A DNA stretch of 64,000 nucleotides from Chrysemys picta bellii (lineage: Eukaryota). Under the pieces are notes generated by a model, which saw nothing but the letters and a program-made list of their open reading frames with translations, was not told the origin of the DNA and ran no database searches. The translations under genes and the position numbers were made by a program. The stretch covers positions 51,212,001 through 51,276,000 of the forward strand of contig NC_088796.1 of NCBI RefSeq assembly GCF_011386835.1. The letters are read 5' to 3'. This document shows positions 37,684 through 49,606 of this stretch, piece by piece (within the stretch, counting starts at the first letter, position 1; each line of letters begins with the position of its first letter).

Positions 37684-40120
37684 CCTGGCTTTTCAGGAGA
37701 AGACTGATTGCACAACCTGCTCTTTCCTGTTCCTAACCCTCCAGAGGTGTCCGTACTCTTTTGGGGATGCCACTGATGGATGAAATAGCTCTTGTCTCTT
37801 GAGAAGTAGGATCTCTAGAGAGGCATATCATAATCTAATTTCCCTCCAGTAACACCAGGAATCCTCAAGGGAGATTTTTTTGTAGTCCATCTCCTCCCTC
37901 TTGAGGAACAGGGTCATCAGAAAGAGCTGCTGACTCCTTCATTGTTCTATTCCCTAGTCCAGTTCATCTCCAGAAAATTAAGGTTTTTCTGCAGAGGTTG
38001 CTCAAACCCTGAACTCCCTGCAATCCCCAGAAGCAGAATTTTTAGCGACAGACTGCTCATATCTTAACCCACCACTTCCAAGATAGCAGGACATTCATGA
38101 GACCTGTTCTGCTGAACTCACATTGAGGAAGGCAGCTCTTTGGTAAAGATGTTACTTATTTCTCCATGTGCTTTTGGGTGAAAGAGAGGGTGACTGTTTT
38201 TTTTATTCTAGTTTAAAAATAATTCCAAATTAGAAATCAATATAATGTTAATGACTAAAGTGATGTTCATTGTTTTTCCATATACACACACAAGAGTGTA
38301 CTTGCATGTACAGGACTGTTTTGGTGGAAGAACAATATTTAAAAATTTATATCGGCACTGGAACTATCAGTGGTACAGTACAGCACAGCCAACAAAAGAA
38401 AGAGACTCAGCAAGTACTTCACTATATGTCACACTTATCCAGTCCTGTTTCAGAGCAAAGTCATCTAATGGCCAAATAGTACGTAAACCCATAATATAAA
38501 AACCTACTAAACATGAATGTCTTCACAAAGAATCGTTTTAAGTTTTGCTTCAGGAAGAGATTGTCTTAAGTTATGTAGTTTGGATCTGGGTTCAGATCTG
38601 AATCCAAAGGTCCTCAAAGTTTGAGGGGATTTGGGCTGATCCCTAGTTGCTGTTTTTAGTTTCTGCCATCGCCCTCCATTCTCTTCTCTTTTCCCATTTA
38701 TGCTCTTCACCAAAGCACTGGCCCAGAAGATATATCCAGTTTAAAGAATTATCAGTTTACTAGGCAAAAGTAATATCAATCTTTCTTCCACAAAAAATCT
38801 TTTACATAGTATTGGCTCCCAATACATCTGATCAGTAGGATTGCTATGAGGGAAGGAGGGAAAACGTGTGTTCTTAGTCTATTATATGTGAACTGGGTAA
38901 AGCATACAGATCTGTATCTGGTTGGTGAAGTCAAAAACAGTAATCAATGTTGTCCTTTCTGGCATATTGTCTTTAATATCTCATTGCCTAAGATTTTAAA
39001 AGCTGGGTCAACAGAGAGGATTTCCTTTAATGTCCAGGCTCAGTGCTTTAGGTATCTGTTTTTTGGTAAACTAAGATCAAACTTTCTGCAATTGGCCATT
39101 ATTCCCAGAATTCTTTTGTTCTTTGAGCTGCTGTGATTTTCTAAATATCTTAATTTAATGTTTAAAATCATGTTATCATTATTTCCAACTACACTGGTAT
39201 GTGGCTATCCAGAATCTGGGACCTCTAGTCACAGTCTTGTACACTCTTATCAGCAACACCTGATTGTCTAAAATACTATTTGGATGAAATCAATTTACAT
39301 GGGCTTTCCAAAAAATCATAGTATGTTCTCTATGGTTACTCTTAGTTTGTCAGTTCTTGCATCTCCCTCATGAATTGATTCATGGCAGAGCAAGCATTAA
39401 GGTGAGTTAAGGATCTAAGAAAAAATACAAAATAGCTTTAACTGTCTTATGTGTTGTAACAACTTGAGGGTTAAAAAATGCTGTTTCTTCATTGTTCCCT
39501 TTCAGTCTTTGGCATTTTGCTTGGTCAAAGAACTAAATATTCACAGTTAGTTGGTACTAGTGCACCCACAAAGCCCATATTTGTATATGTATACCTACCC
39601 TTCGGGGCATACAGTTGGTTTGTGTATGCAAATTCAGGGTTTTCAAGGCTCAACAAGTGCACGTGCATTTTGTGGACATTTCAGTTTTGTCTTCTTGGAA
39701 AATTTGTTCCAGTATATCTAATTAGCTTATTTAATAGGGTTAAAAAGTTAATGGCCTAATTTTCAGAGTGATAAACTTTCGCAATTGGTTGTAAAGTCAA
39801 TAAGAACTGTGGGTGCTCAGCACCTTTTGAAAATTATGTCTTATGTTCATACATTGGTAAAAGAAGACACAAAACGTAAGCTGGTAATTGGGAGCTCCTG
39901 GGAATGTATCGGAATGCTTCTGCTTATAAACAAACAGAAGAGGTGGAGCCCAATATATAGTTGAAGTTGATTTTAGCAGCATATAGTAAGAGGAGGGGAA
40001 AAATTGTCTCAATTTCAGAAGTGTTATTAACCAACACAACCTCTTGCAAAATAGCTCTTATTAAAAAATGGAACTCTGAATTTTCTGCATAAAATGAATT
40101 ATCCTTTGGAAAGTAACCAC

Positions 40121-40468
40121 CATAAGAACAGCCATACTGGGTCAGACCAAAGGTCCATTTAACCCAGTATCCTGTCTTCCGACAGTTACCAATGCCAGGT
40201 GCCCCAGAGCGAATGAACAGAACAGGTAATCATCAAGTGATCCATCCCCTGTCACCCATTCCCAGTTTCTGGCAAATAGAGGCTAGGGACATCATCCCTG
40301 CCCATCCTGGCTAATAGCTATTGATGGACCTATCCGCCATGAATTTATCTACTACTTTTTTGAACCCTGTTATAGTCTTGGCCTTCACAGCATCCTCTGG
40401 CAAAGAGTTCCACAGGTTGACTGTGTGTTGTGTGAAGAAATACTTCCTTTTGTTTGTTTTAAACCTGC
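40121..40468 (-). mobile_element. CR1 LINE 3' fragment
   Basis: Reverse complement of a CR1 3' end: cataagaacagccatactgggtcagaccaaaggtccat...ttccacaggttgactgtgtgttgtgtgaagaaatacttcctt. Confidence 0.88.
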
Positions 40469-40936
40469 AGATTCTTTAGGGATCTATTATAACTTCACCT
40501 TCAGTTGGTAGGATGATCTTCAACAGTAACAGGTAACAAAGGGAGTAGCTGCTGTAGCCAACATATTGCCAAAAGTATTGCGATAAAGATTTTCCACAGT
40601 TGCTTTGCTGTCTGATTGTTTCACAAAAGCAATCTGGATTAATTAAGGCCACAATCCTTCAAAGACTTACACATGGGTTTAACTATATACACACTCCTCA
40701 TGGTGTGTGAAGTGAAGCATGTAGGTAAATCTTTGCAGAATTGGGGCTTTCGTGTTTTTCTTTCTGGTCTTACTATTTCCTCAGGACTCAACTGATGAGT
40801 GTTCAGTAAGGGACAATTCCTCTCATGTCTGCTCCTTATATTTATTAAATTAATTACTATACCGGTAACCCTTATTTTCTCCTTACGGGTAAGCCCATAA
40901 TTTACTGAAGTACTGTGTTAATGTTTGTTGTTTTAG

Positions 40937-41063
40937 GAAGCCCTGGATGATTCTGAAGTAGCCGGAATCTGTGCAACATCAGAAGTGATTCGTTATGAGT
41001 ATCATGTCTTGTATTCCAGCAGCTACGAAGTACCTGTGCTTTACTTTAGGGCATGCTTTTTAG
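40937..41063 (+). CDS. ATG10: ATG10 internal coding exon (127 nt, phase 0 to phase 1)
   Basis: Acceptor tgtttgttgttttAG ends at 40936 and donor GTaagac starts at 41064. Translation EALDDSEVAGICATSEVIRYEYHVLYSSSYEVPVLYFRACFL plus one G contains the ATG10/ATG3-family motif YEYHVLYSxSYxVPVLYF. Confidence 0.97.
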
Positions 41064-43282
41064 GTAAGACTTGTTATACATTAAACACATAGTAAAAGAA
41101 AAAAAATGCAGGGATGAAGTGAAATCTTTGAAACAGATTTTGTACTCAACTGGCAGTATAATAATCATGTTTAATATAAAAAATATGAGATGGGGTGTTC
41201 ACTAGTAAATTTTCTGATACTCCAGACACCATGAGCCTCAGGACCTTGTAGTAGATGATATCATCTCAGCCTGGAGAAGTCTGATCTTTAGACTCCTGGC
41301 ATCATGCCCATAGTTGACGAAACCTGCTGGCCATTTTTCTTTTTTGATTTCTTTAAATGAATACAAAGAACTTAAAGCTAGAGCATCAAATTCAGCCATG
41401 GAATAAGTAAGCTGTACTGCAGTGACTTCAGCTGAGTTGCGCCTGCTTATTTCAGAGCTGAATTTGATCCAAAATGATTAGGTCAAAATTTACATTTAAA
41501 ACAGTCTGTATGCTATCTTTCTTTCTAATTTAAACAGTTTTTAAAAGTTACCAAATATTTTAAACATAAAACCAACATAAAATCAGTTTGCACTGGAAGA
41601 AACAGTTTTAAAACATTGCATAAAATGACTGAAATCAATAGTTTATTTTCTCCCTAATCTATACATCTTATCACCCATTGCCCAGTTACTACTGCCACTG
41701 TGATTTCACTCTCTCTCCTGTCAGGAAAGTGGAACACACTGTCTCCCTTCCTAGCCACTGTTAGTCATGCTTATTTAATCAACAAGCATAGAGTGATTAT
41801 ACTGCAGCACTGTCTGTGCTTCTCTCCTCTTCCCAAAGACAATGCACTTGGGGCTGAGGAGTTGGAATCCTGAGGTCATTTCTAAACTTTGTCTCCTGCA
41901 TGGCAGATTTTGTGTTTTGAATGATCTTCAAATTTTATCTTGATGAAGACATCTGAATGTTGCCTGTGATATTTTTCTTTTTAATTAAAAAGTCACTTAA
42001 GCTGCTTTGCCTGTGTTTGGTAGATTTAATCACTCATGGACTTATATTGTTTAATCACTTCTAATTTTGCAATGTTCGCGTTTTAACAAGCACTTTAGAT
42101 TTAAAATTGAAGAACAAATTCTCAGACTCCGTGGTGAAAAGATTTTAGTCTGAGGTGCAATTTCTAAGAACTGATAATTTGGGGTAAATGTTCAAATTGG
42201 GGAATTGGGAATACAGCTCAGTCTCCGTAACTACCAATAGATCACAAATTCTCACACACTTCATGTTGCAAATTTATTCCTAGGACTGTTACAAGCATTT
42301 ACAAATGTGCAATAATCTGTCATTAAACTTGTTTTGCAGGCAGAAGGATAAAGAAACTCTTGCTAGTCAGTAACTTTTGCTGTCTCGAAATAACATAGTA
42401 AGAGGCTGATTAATTTATTTGTGGTGCTGAAAAATGTCATCTTCTTGGTTTTAGTTGAATTAACAGTATACCTTCTCTGTGTAAGAGAATGGTGATGCTG
42501 CAGGTAGAGGAAACAGTATTTCTATAGTACTGTACTTTCATATAATTAGTATTCACTATAAGCAGTTAATCACCAGAGAAGAGCTCCCAGAGACAAAACA
42601 AGTTGTTTAGCTTGTCAGCATCAGGGAATCGGAGGTGTTGAAACATGACTCCTTATAGCTGGAAGTGGATATTACAGAAGCTGGTGGATGAGCTAATGCA
42701 CAATCTTAGTATTATGTGCCAACAGCTCCCCTTGCAGTACAGAACTGTAATTGTTCCTACAAGTATAATTATGTTTTTAACATACTTCTTGGGAATCTTT
42801 CACAGTGGAAAATTATGTTTTTTTGAGAATTTCTGGAGTCATCTGGAGTCTCTTTATATCCTTATTAACATTTTTCTTTTGGTTACTGGCTTGAAGAGAG
42901 GAGGATACAAATACTGGCATCCAACTCTTTTTTTTTTCCAGAAGAATATTCTATTAGTACTAAATCTCTTATTTTCATTCTGTATAGCACAGTTTTTTGG
43001 ATATTGGAAATCCTTCCTTTGATATAGATTATCTACTTACTGCCTGGTGCTATCCAAACCCCCCAATATGACGTTTTTCAGACTATACAGATCACTATTT
43101 ATGACAGACATCTGAGCAAGCTTTCTCCTTTGCCTTGCCTGGTCCCCACTTTTGCCTTTTCATTATGATGATACTATTCTTCCCTTGATAACCCTTTGCC
43201 CCTTTTTCTTCTGACAGCCACTATTGTTCAGCTCTTCTGTTTGCTGAGTGGGTGGGAGAACACCCCATACTCAGACCTACAT

Positions 43283-43453
43283 CAGCTCGGTGGTTTGAGC
43301 ATTGGCTTGCTAAACCCAGGGTTGCGAGTTCAAACCTTGAGAGGGCCATTTAGGGAGCTGGGGCAAAAATCTGTCTGGGGGTTAGTCCTGCTTTGGGCAG
43401 GGGGTTGGACTGGATGATCTCCTGAGGTCCTTTCCAACCCTGATATTCTATGA
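43283..43453 (+). mobile_element. Tortoise-type Pol III SINE (tRNA-derived head, CR1-derived tail)
   Basis: Head cagctcggtggtttgagcattggc..aaacccagggttgcgagttcaaacc with A-box and B-box (GTTCAAACC); tail cctgctttgggcagggggttggact..gatctcctgaggtcctttccaaccctgatattctatga matches the 3' end of the CR1 at 20487-20557. Confidence 0.93.
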
Positions 43454-46400
43454 ATTCATTATTTATCTGCTTACAACATATGAAATTTGGCAACTCTGTA
43501 AATTGTTATTATTGCATATATATTACGTGGTAAGAGCAGTTCTTTCCGACTCTCTCTCTCCCCTATGTGGTCCAAAGTTCTCCAGGCCCAGGGCTACAGG
43601 GACCCTAAATCTGGAAACAGAATCATGTTATTAGGCCAGTTCACTTTTTTTTAATTTAATTTTTAATTTGCAAAAATGTAAATGTAAAATTGGTCTTAAA
43701 CTAAAATCTTGGTGTTTGAAATATTTTGGAACTTCCCTTGTGTTAGAATCATTGTTAGAAAATTATTTTGTCTCCTCTGGGGTTCCCTGGGATCCTTCAT
43801 TTCTCCCCTTTTTGGTATAGTACATCCCAAATATCCTGCATTGCTAGGATTCTTTGGAGTAGGTGGGCTGTGCATGGTTTCCATTGAAGCCTGTTTGTAT
43901 CTCCCTTTACATTAATGGGAGTGGATTGCAAGAGATAAATGTGAGCTGTAACCCTTCTAGGGACTTTGATCATCATGCTCCCACAGGAAAGGGCTAAACT
44001 GGAATCCCAAACTCAGATTCTGCACTGCAATATGTTAAGCGGCCATTAGACCTGTAGGCCAGCCTAGGAAATAATAATTCCTCTGTTCAACCAGACTAAA
44101 TAGCTTTGTATATTTTACAATATTCATGAGCACTTCCTTACATTGTCTGTTATAAAAACAACTGGTGCCAGCACACCCAAGTCTGCACCCTCCCAGGCAC
44201 ACTATTTAAAAAAAAAAAAAAAAAAAGACTGTTCTAGAACAATTACATTCTTCATTTCTCCTATTGTATAAGATTCCAGCTTGAACGGAGTTACTCAGTC
44301 AGTCTCTGGCTACACCCTAAAGGGAAAAAAAGGCTCCCCAAGAAATTGTTTCTTGTACTTTTCCACTAAGATTCTCAACTGTTCTTGGCTGGCAGCTTTG
44401 AGAGCCTCATGGTCAGTGGCAACATCTTTGTCCGGCTTTAATTCGCATGTACAAGAAGAGCGAATGAGCTGCAGACATTAATGGCTGATTCTCCCTTTAA
44501 TGTATTTCACAGGGTCAAAGTTGTTCTTTATCCTCATCCAAACTTTATACCTACCTGAAACTGACCGTCTCCTGGAATTCTTCCTGAAATCTCCTCCTTA
44601 TCCAGGGAAAATTAAACTACATTACCCTACATGTCAGAAGGACTTGAATTTGCATAGAATGAAAATATTTAGGGACGATATCTAGACTTTTTGTAGACTT
44701 TGAAGGTCAATGTACAGGAAAGACCTTTATGCCTTAGTGAGGGCAAAGACTTCATCTGTGAATAATGACTAAATGTGATGCCTGATGCCCTTGTTCTAAC
44801 AGATATGTTAGAAGCATCATAGAACACAAGGAGAAAGTTCTTAGGCATCACATGTCCCTCTGAAACAGTCCTTCACTGACTCCTGCTGCACCTCTGGCAA
44901 AAGGTCCAGCAGTGAAAGCGTCCGTTCCCAAAGATGAAACTGGTATAGAACCATTACAGCTTGGTAGCAGGAGACATCACTGGAGTCCCAGAGGAATATA
45001 CTTTCCTTCCCCCAAATTCAACCTTCTTCATTGCCTTTTTCCAATGGAAGTCCTTCATCTTCTCCCTAGCTGCTGAGACTACCGAAGATCCAAGAGTAGG
45101 ATAGCTGAAGAAATACAGGAATCCTTGTTGAAGCATTTGATGTAGCCTATTAGATTTCATTGAGACAGCTTGTGTAAGCAGTCAGCCTTCTTCGATGCTG
45201 ACATGAACCAGAAGTCCTGGGCTGGGTCTAGTAACCCTGCATTAATCAAAAGAGTATGTGATGGGTTGGATCACAGAAACCCCCCTGGGAGATGCCACCT
45301 GATGTGCAAAAGACTACCTGTTTTCCCTGCCAGCTCAGGACTCCAGCACCCTGTCTTGCTGAGCCAGACACTCCCGTCTGCTGCAACACAGACCCAGGGT
45401 GTGAATCACTTGTCCCAAAGCTGCAAGTTTACCTGAAAACAGCTCACAGAAGTGTGCCTGTCTTCAGCACTCAGATGCCCAACTCCCAATGGGGTCTAAA
45501 CCCAAATAAATCTGTTTTACCCTGCATAAAGCTTAGGCAGGGAAAACCCAGAAATTGTTCGCCCTCTATAACAATGATAGAGAGATATGCACAGTTGTTT
45601 GCTCCCCCAGGTATTAATACATACTCTGAGTAAATTACTAAATAAAAAGTGATTTTATTAAATACAGAAAATAGGATTTAAGTGGTTCCAAGTAGTAACA
45701 GACAGAACAAAGTAAGTCACCAAGCAAAATAAAATAAAATGCGCATATCTATGCCTAATCAAACTGAATACAGATAATCTCACCCTCAGAGATGCTTCAG
45801 TAAGCTTTTTCTCAGACTGGACACCTTCCAGGCCTGGGCACAATTCTTTCCCCGGTACAGCTCTTGTTGCAGCTCAGGTGATAGCTAGGGGATTCTTCAT
45901 GATGGCTCCTCTCTCCCCTTGTTCTCTTCCACCCCTTTATATATCTTTTGCATAAGGTGGGAACCCTTTGTCCCTCTGGGTTTCCACCCCCCCTCACTGG
46001 AAAAGCACCAGGTTAAAGATGGATTCCAGTTCAGGTGACATGATCACATGTCACTGCAAGACTTCATTACTCACTTGCCAGCACACACATATATAGGAAG
46101 ACTCACAGGTAAACACAGCCATCTTCAGACAATGGGAGTCACCAAGATTCCAAACCATCCTTAATGGCCTACACTTTACATAATGACAATAGGCCCTCAG
46201 AGTTATATTTTATATTTCTAGTTTTAGATACAAGAGTGGTACATTTATACAAATCGGATGATTACACTCAGATTATAAGCTTTGTAATGATACCTTACAA
46301 GAGACCTTTTGCATGAAGCATATCCCAGTTACATTATATTCACTTATTATCATGTTTTTATAAAACCATATAGACTGCACAACATCACAACCTCCTCCTG

Positions 46401-47240
46401 AACTTACTGCCAGAGACTTGGACACTGACCATGGCGGAGGCAGTATACCTAAAATTCGTTTTTGGGCTCCCCTATGGGGCAGACACTCCTGTGTCCCCCA
46501 AAAGGGAAAGAGACCCTGATTCAGCTGTAGGCTCACAGCTCCAAGCTATGAGAGACCTTTCGCTGGCCAGCAAAATCCGCCCCCTTTCACTCAGGTTGGG
46601 TTTGCTTCCAGCTAGAGTCCTTGGGATTTGTTCCCACCTCAGCAGTCACCATGACCCCAACTTCCAGCTCCAGGATACATGTCTCTGTGCACCTCTTCCA
46701 CTCCATTACAGCCAGGTCATGCTTCTGGGTCTTAATTGCTTTGTCTCTTAAGTCCAGGTTGGTGGGCAGCCTTTTCCCGGGCAAACTGTACATCAATTTC
46801 CATTTGTCTTCCCTTGAGACCATCACTCAACGAACTGGGATACCACAGAGAACCCCCTCCTGCCAGAACAGGCATCCGTCCCCTCCTGTATTGCTAGGTT
46901 AGACACTCCAGTCAGCTTCAGCACAGACAGAGGTTGGGCCACACCCATCTGCAGTTCACTGAAACTGAGATGCACTCAGCTCAGGGGCTTCTTAGTTAAC
47001 AGAGACATTCCCAGCGCCCATTGTTCAGTCTTTCTGGGCAATTTGCAACTTGGGTAGTTTTAGCTTCTTTTGATCTTCATTCTTACTTATTTTACTTCCT
47101 TTTCTGTCCCTACTTCCCTTTCCCGAAATAAGCAAACAGAAAATAACAAACCAGTAACCACTTTGTCTGTTCTCCAGCCACCACACTTAAAACTCACTTA
47201 AAATCACTACCAGTATCTCAAAGCAATCAGCTGTGCACAG

Positions 47241-47259
47241 ATCCTGCTAGACTACGCCA
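47241..47259 (-). promoter_or_regulatory. Primer-binding site complementary to tRNA-Ser 3' end
   Basis: Plus strand atcctgctagactacgcca versus the vertebrate tRNA-Ser 3' end ATCCTGCCGACTACGCCA; lies one base from the LTR edge at 47261. Confidence 0.85.
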
Positions 47260-47373
47260 CTGTGACGGGTTGGATCACAGAAACCCCCTTGGGAGCTGCC
47301 ACCTGATGTGCAAAAGACTACCTCTGCTCCTGTTTTCCCTGCCAGCTCAGGACTCCAGCACCCTGTCTTCACT

Positions 47374-47452
47374 AGCAGGACCAAGTACTGATTTTGCCCC
47401 ATATCTCTAAGTGGCCCCCTCAAGGATTGAGCTCACAACCCTGGGTTTAGCA
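47374..47452 (-). mobile_element. Fragment of tortoise-type Pol III SINE inside the collapsed LTR
   Basis: agcaggaccaa..gattttgcccc..taagtggccccctcaaggattgagctcacaaccctgggtttagca is the reverse complement of the 43283-43400 family. Confidence 0.88.
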
Positions 47453-47733
47453 CAGAGTAGCTTTCCTTTTCCTTTAGCCTTCAAGATGCCAAAGAGGTGA
47501 TGTATTTCTATGGACTGTAATGGTCTCTGGCTCCAAGGAATCTTCCATACATTCCAACAGCTCCTGAAGCTGTTCATAATCTTGTGGTTATGCAGATGTA
47601 GCATGTGGACATGGTTATCACTCCTGATCTTCAGGAAAAGAATGATGCAAGTCACCCACCACTTCTTCCTCCTCACAGCCAGAGGAGGAGTCACAGATGC
47701 TGGCTAGCGGTGAAAAAGGAGAATTGGTGGGAT

Positions 47734-48636
47734 TGTGACAGATATGGCTATGTCCTGCCACATTCTTGGGAAACCTTATTGAACTAAGTTTAAGTATCTT
47801 TTGGGTCCTTTGTATTAAATGAATAGCTTATGTATTATTGTGGGCCGGGACTGTAGATAATCTCTCCAGGCAGACGATGTGATGTGAGGCGTGGTAGTTC
47901 AAAGGACTATATTGAAAATGTGCCAGACAAGAATGGACATTTTGGACAATAAGTGTGAAGTGGATTTCCTGGGGAACACCAGGGAGAGGTTAATGCAAAT
48001 TCCTCACCTCTGGTTAGGCAAAAATCGAGCCTTCCGAAGCTATGTCCTGAGGAGAGGGTTTTTGTCTGCTGATTACCTGATCCCAGGGATTGGAGATCAA
48101 AGGCCCAAGCCATGTAAAGAAATGGCTGAACTGGCCAGCCTGGGTTCTGGTTCTGAATCTAAGGCAGTTATGAACTTCTAACCATGAGGAGAACTCAGTT
48201 ATGGGTTTTGAAAGACTGACACCTACCAGAACCCATGGGTTGGAGTCAAGGTGACCTCTGATAAGCTTTTTAGAATTCATGTAGGTTCTTTTATTGTTTT
48301 TAATATGTTTTCTTGGTAATGCTTTCACATTTAGAATAAATGTACTTACTTATAAAGAGCTGTGTGGTAACTTATAATTGCTGGCATTTATGTTGTTTAT
48401 ACCCTTTGAAGAGAAAGCAAAGCGCATATGCTGGCCTTTTCAAGCAGCCAGGCTTGCTGAGAATATCACAGCATAAGGCAGGGAGCTGCACAGCCTTAAA
48501 AACCACAGTCAGGAGGGAGATAGACGCGAGTCTACACCCAAGAGAGGGGACAGTTGGGAGCCAGAAGCCTTTAAGTAGGTGCCTTCAAGGGACCATGGAG
48601 GGGGATTACAGGTGCAATTACCTTGAAACTATGACA
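47734..48636 (+). mobile_element. Solo LTR (~900 bp) inserted in the DIRS gag
   Basis: TGtgaca ... tatgaCA ends; flanks gggat / ggaat (4 of 5, probable TSD); internal AATAAA; homologous to 59858-60749. Confidence 0.75.
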
Positions 48637-48754
48637 GGAATGTAGTGGAGATTGCACTCTAACTCTCTTAGGAACTTCTGGTTTGTAAGGCCACTATTAT
48701 AAGGCAAGCTTAGAATTGTAGGACTGCATTCAAGGCAGGATTAAGTATTATCTA

Positions 48755-48884
48755 GACCATCTGTGACAAGTGTTTGTCTAACCTGCTCTTAAAAATCTCC
48801 AATGATGGAAATTCCACAACCTCCCTAGGCAATTTATTCCGTGCTTAACCACCCTGACAGGAAGTTTTTCCTAATGTCCAATCT
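48755..48884 (-). mobile_element. CR1 3'-region fragment
   Basis: aaaaatctccaatgatggaaattccacaacctccctaggcaatttattcc..gcttaaccaccctgacaggaagtttttcctaatgtccaa is the reverse complement of the CR1 RLDIRKNFL..VKHWN.LP region. Confidence 0.85.
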
Positions 48885-49394
48885 GGTGCTGCCTGTGGGC
48901 CTGAGGTGTAAATACTTGGGGCGCTGAACACCAGTCGGGTAGTGAGCTTTCCTGAGACAACACACATCAGTTCTGAGAACAGGACCTTGTTCTCTGGTTC
49001 TTTAAGAGACAACTTAGCCATGATGCTCCTGGTGCCAAGCATGGGGTCAAACTAAGCCAAACAAGAAAACAAAACTTTAACTAGAAGTCTAATAAATTAA
49101 AACCCTAAATTAACTAAACTACAAGGAAAAAAAGATATGATAGAAACTTGGGAGAACCCCAGTTCAGCTCTCTGGGAATGGAGCCAAGATTTTTACATCT
49201 GCAGCAACCTTTCTAACTGTAGAAAGGAAGAAACTGAAGCAGTTGGAACTGCACAGCCCTTATATAGTCTTGGCTCCAAACATTCGGTGCCAAGAAGGGA
49301 TGCTCTTTACTGTTTTCTGGATGTTCCTGAATGTTGCTGGCATCGGGGTGCATAACCCACCTTGGAATATGGAAAAACATTTATCAAAGAAATT

Positions 49395-49606
49395 TGATTA
49401 TGCCCATTTCACAGAGAGGTAAAATGTGAAGATCTGAGGCTCTGATTAATAAGGCCTCCATCCTAAGAAAAGCTTGGTGCCGATTGCTGCTGCTTGTGTC
49501 TATCTTGATTCATATACCTGGTCTGGTGAATTAATTTGTCCAAGGCCATATACTGTCATGAGTTAGTGGCAGTGACAGGAGTAGTATTCAGGAGATCCTA
49601 ACTCCC
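49395..49606 (-). mobile_element. MIR/CORE-SINE-like fragment
   Basis: tatgcccatttcacagag..., atttgtccaaggccat..gttagtggcag...caggagatcctaactccca match the reverse MIR layout. Confidence 0.5.

Larger units (their letters stand above)
45257..47454 (-). mobile_element. Non-autonomous LTR retroelement (Gypsy-like): full 3' LTR 45257-46389, ~870-bp internal region, collapsed 5' LTR 47261-47454
   Basis: Full LTR bounded by TGTGATG / CATCACA. 47261-47369 repeats the first ~110 bp of it. 5-bp TSD gagta at 45252-45256 and 47455-47459. No pol motifs recognised internally. Confidence 0.85.
44230..49390 (-). mobile_element. Second DIRS-type retrotransposon, heavily deleted and split by later insertions
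   Basis: 5' terminus at ~49390 reads ttctttgat on the minus strand, followed by a tataag box and an ORF1 start (MLGTRS..). Gag pieces QDYEQLQELLECMEDSL (47453-47733) continue across the LTR insert into ATLLINAGLLDPAQDFW and GFLYFFSYPTLGSSVVSAAREK..GRKVYSSG (44950-45256). The left boundary is uncertain. Confidence 0.75.

Noticed and set aside
42645-43022. 125-aa hydrophobic ORF resembling a membrane protein
   Set aside because: T-rich intronic sequence naturally gives Phe/Leu/Ile-rich frames; no recognisable family or exon boundaries. It may be an old TE remnant that I could not assign.
44208-44226. A19 run (and T19 at 61519-61537) as tails of processed pseudogenes
   Set aside because: No adjacent mRNA-like sequence or TSD was identified; treated as simple homopolymers.
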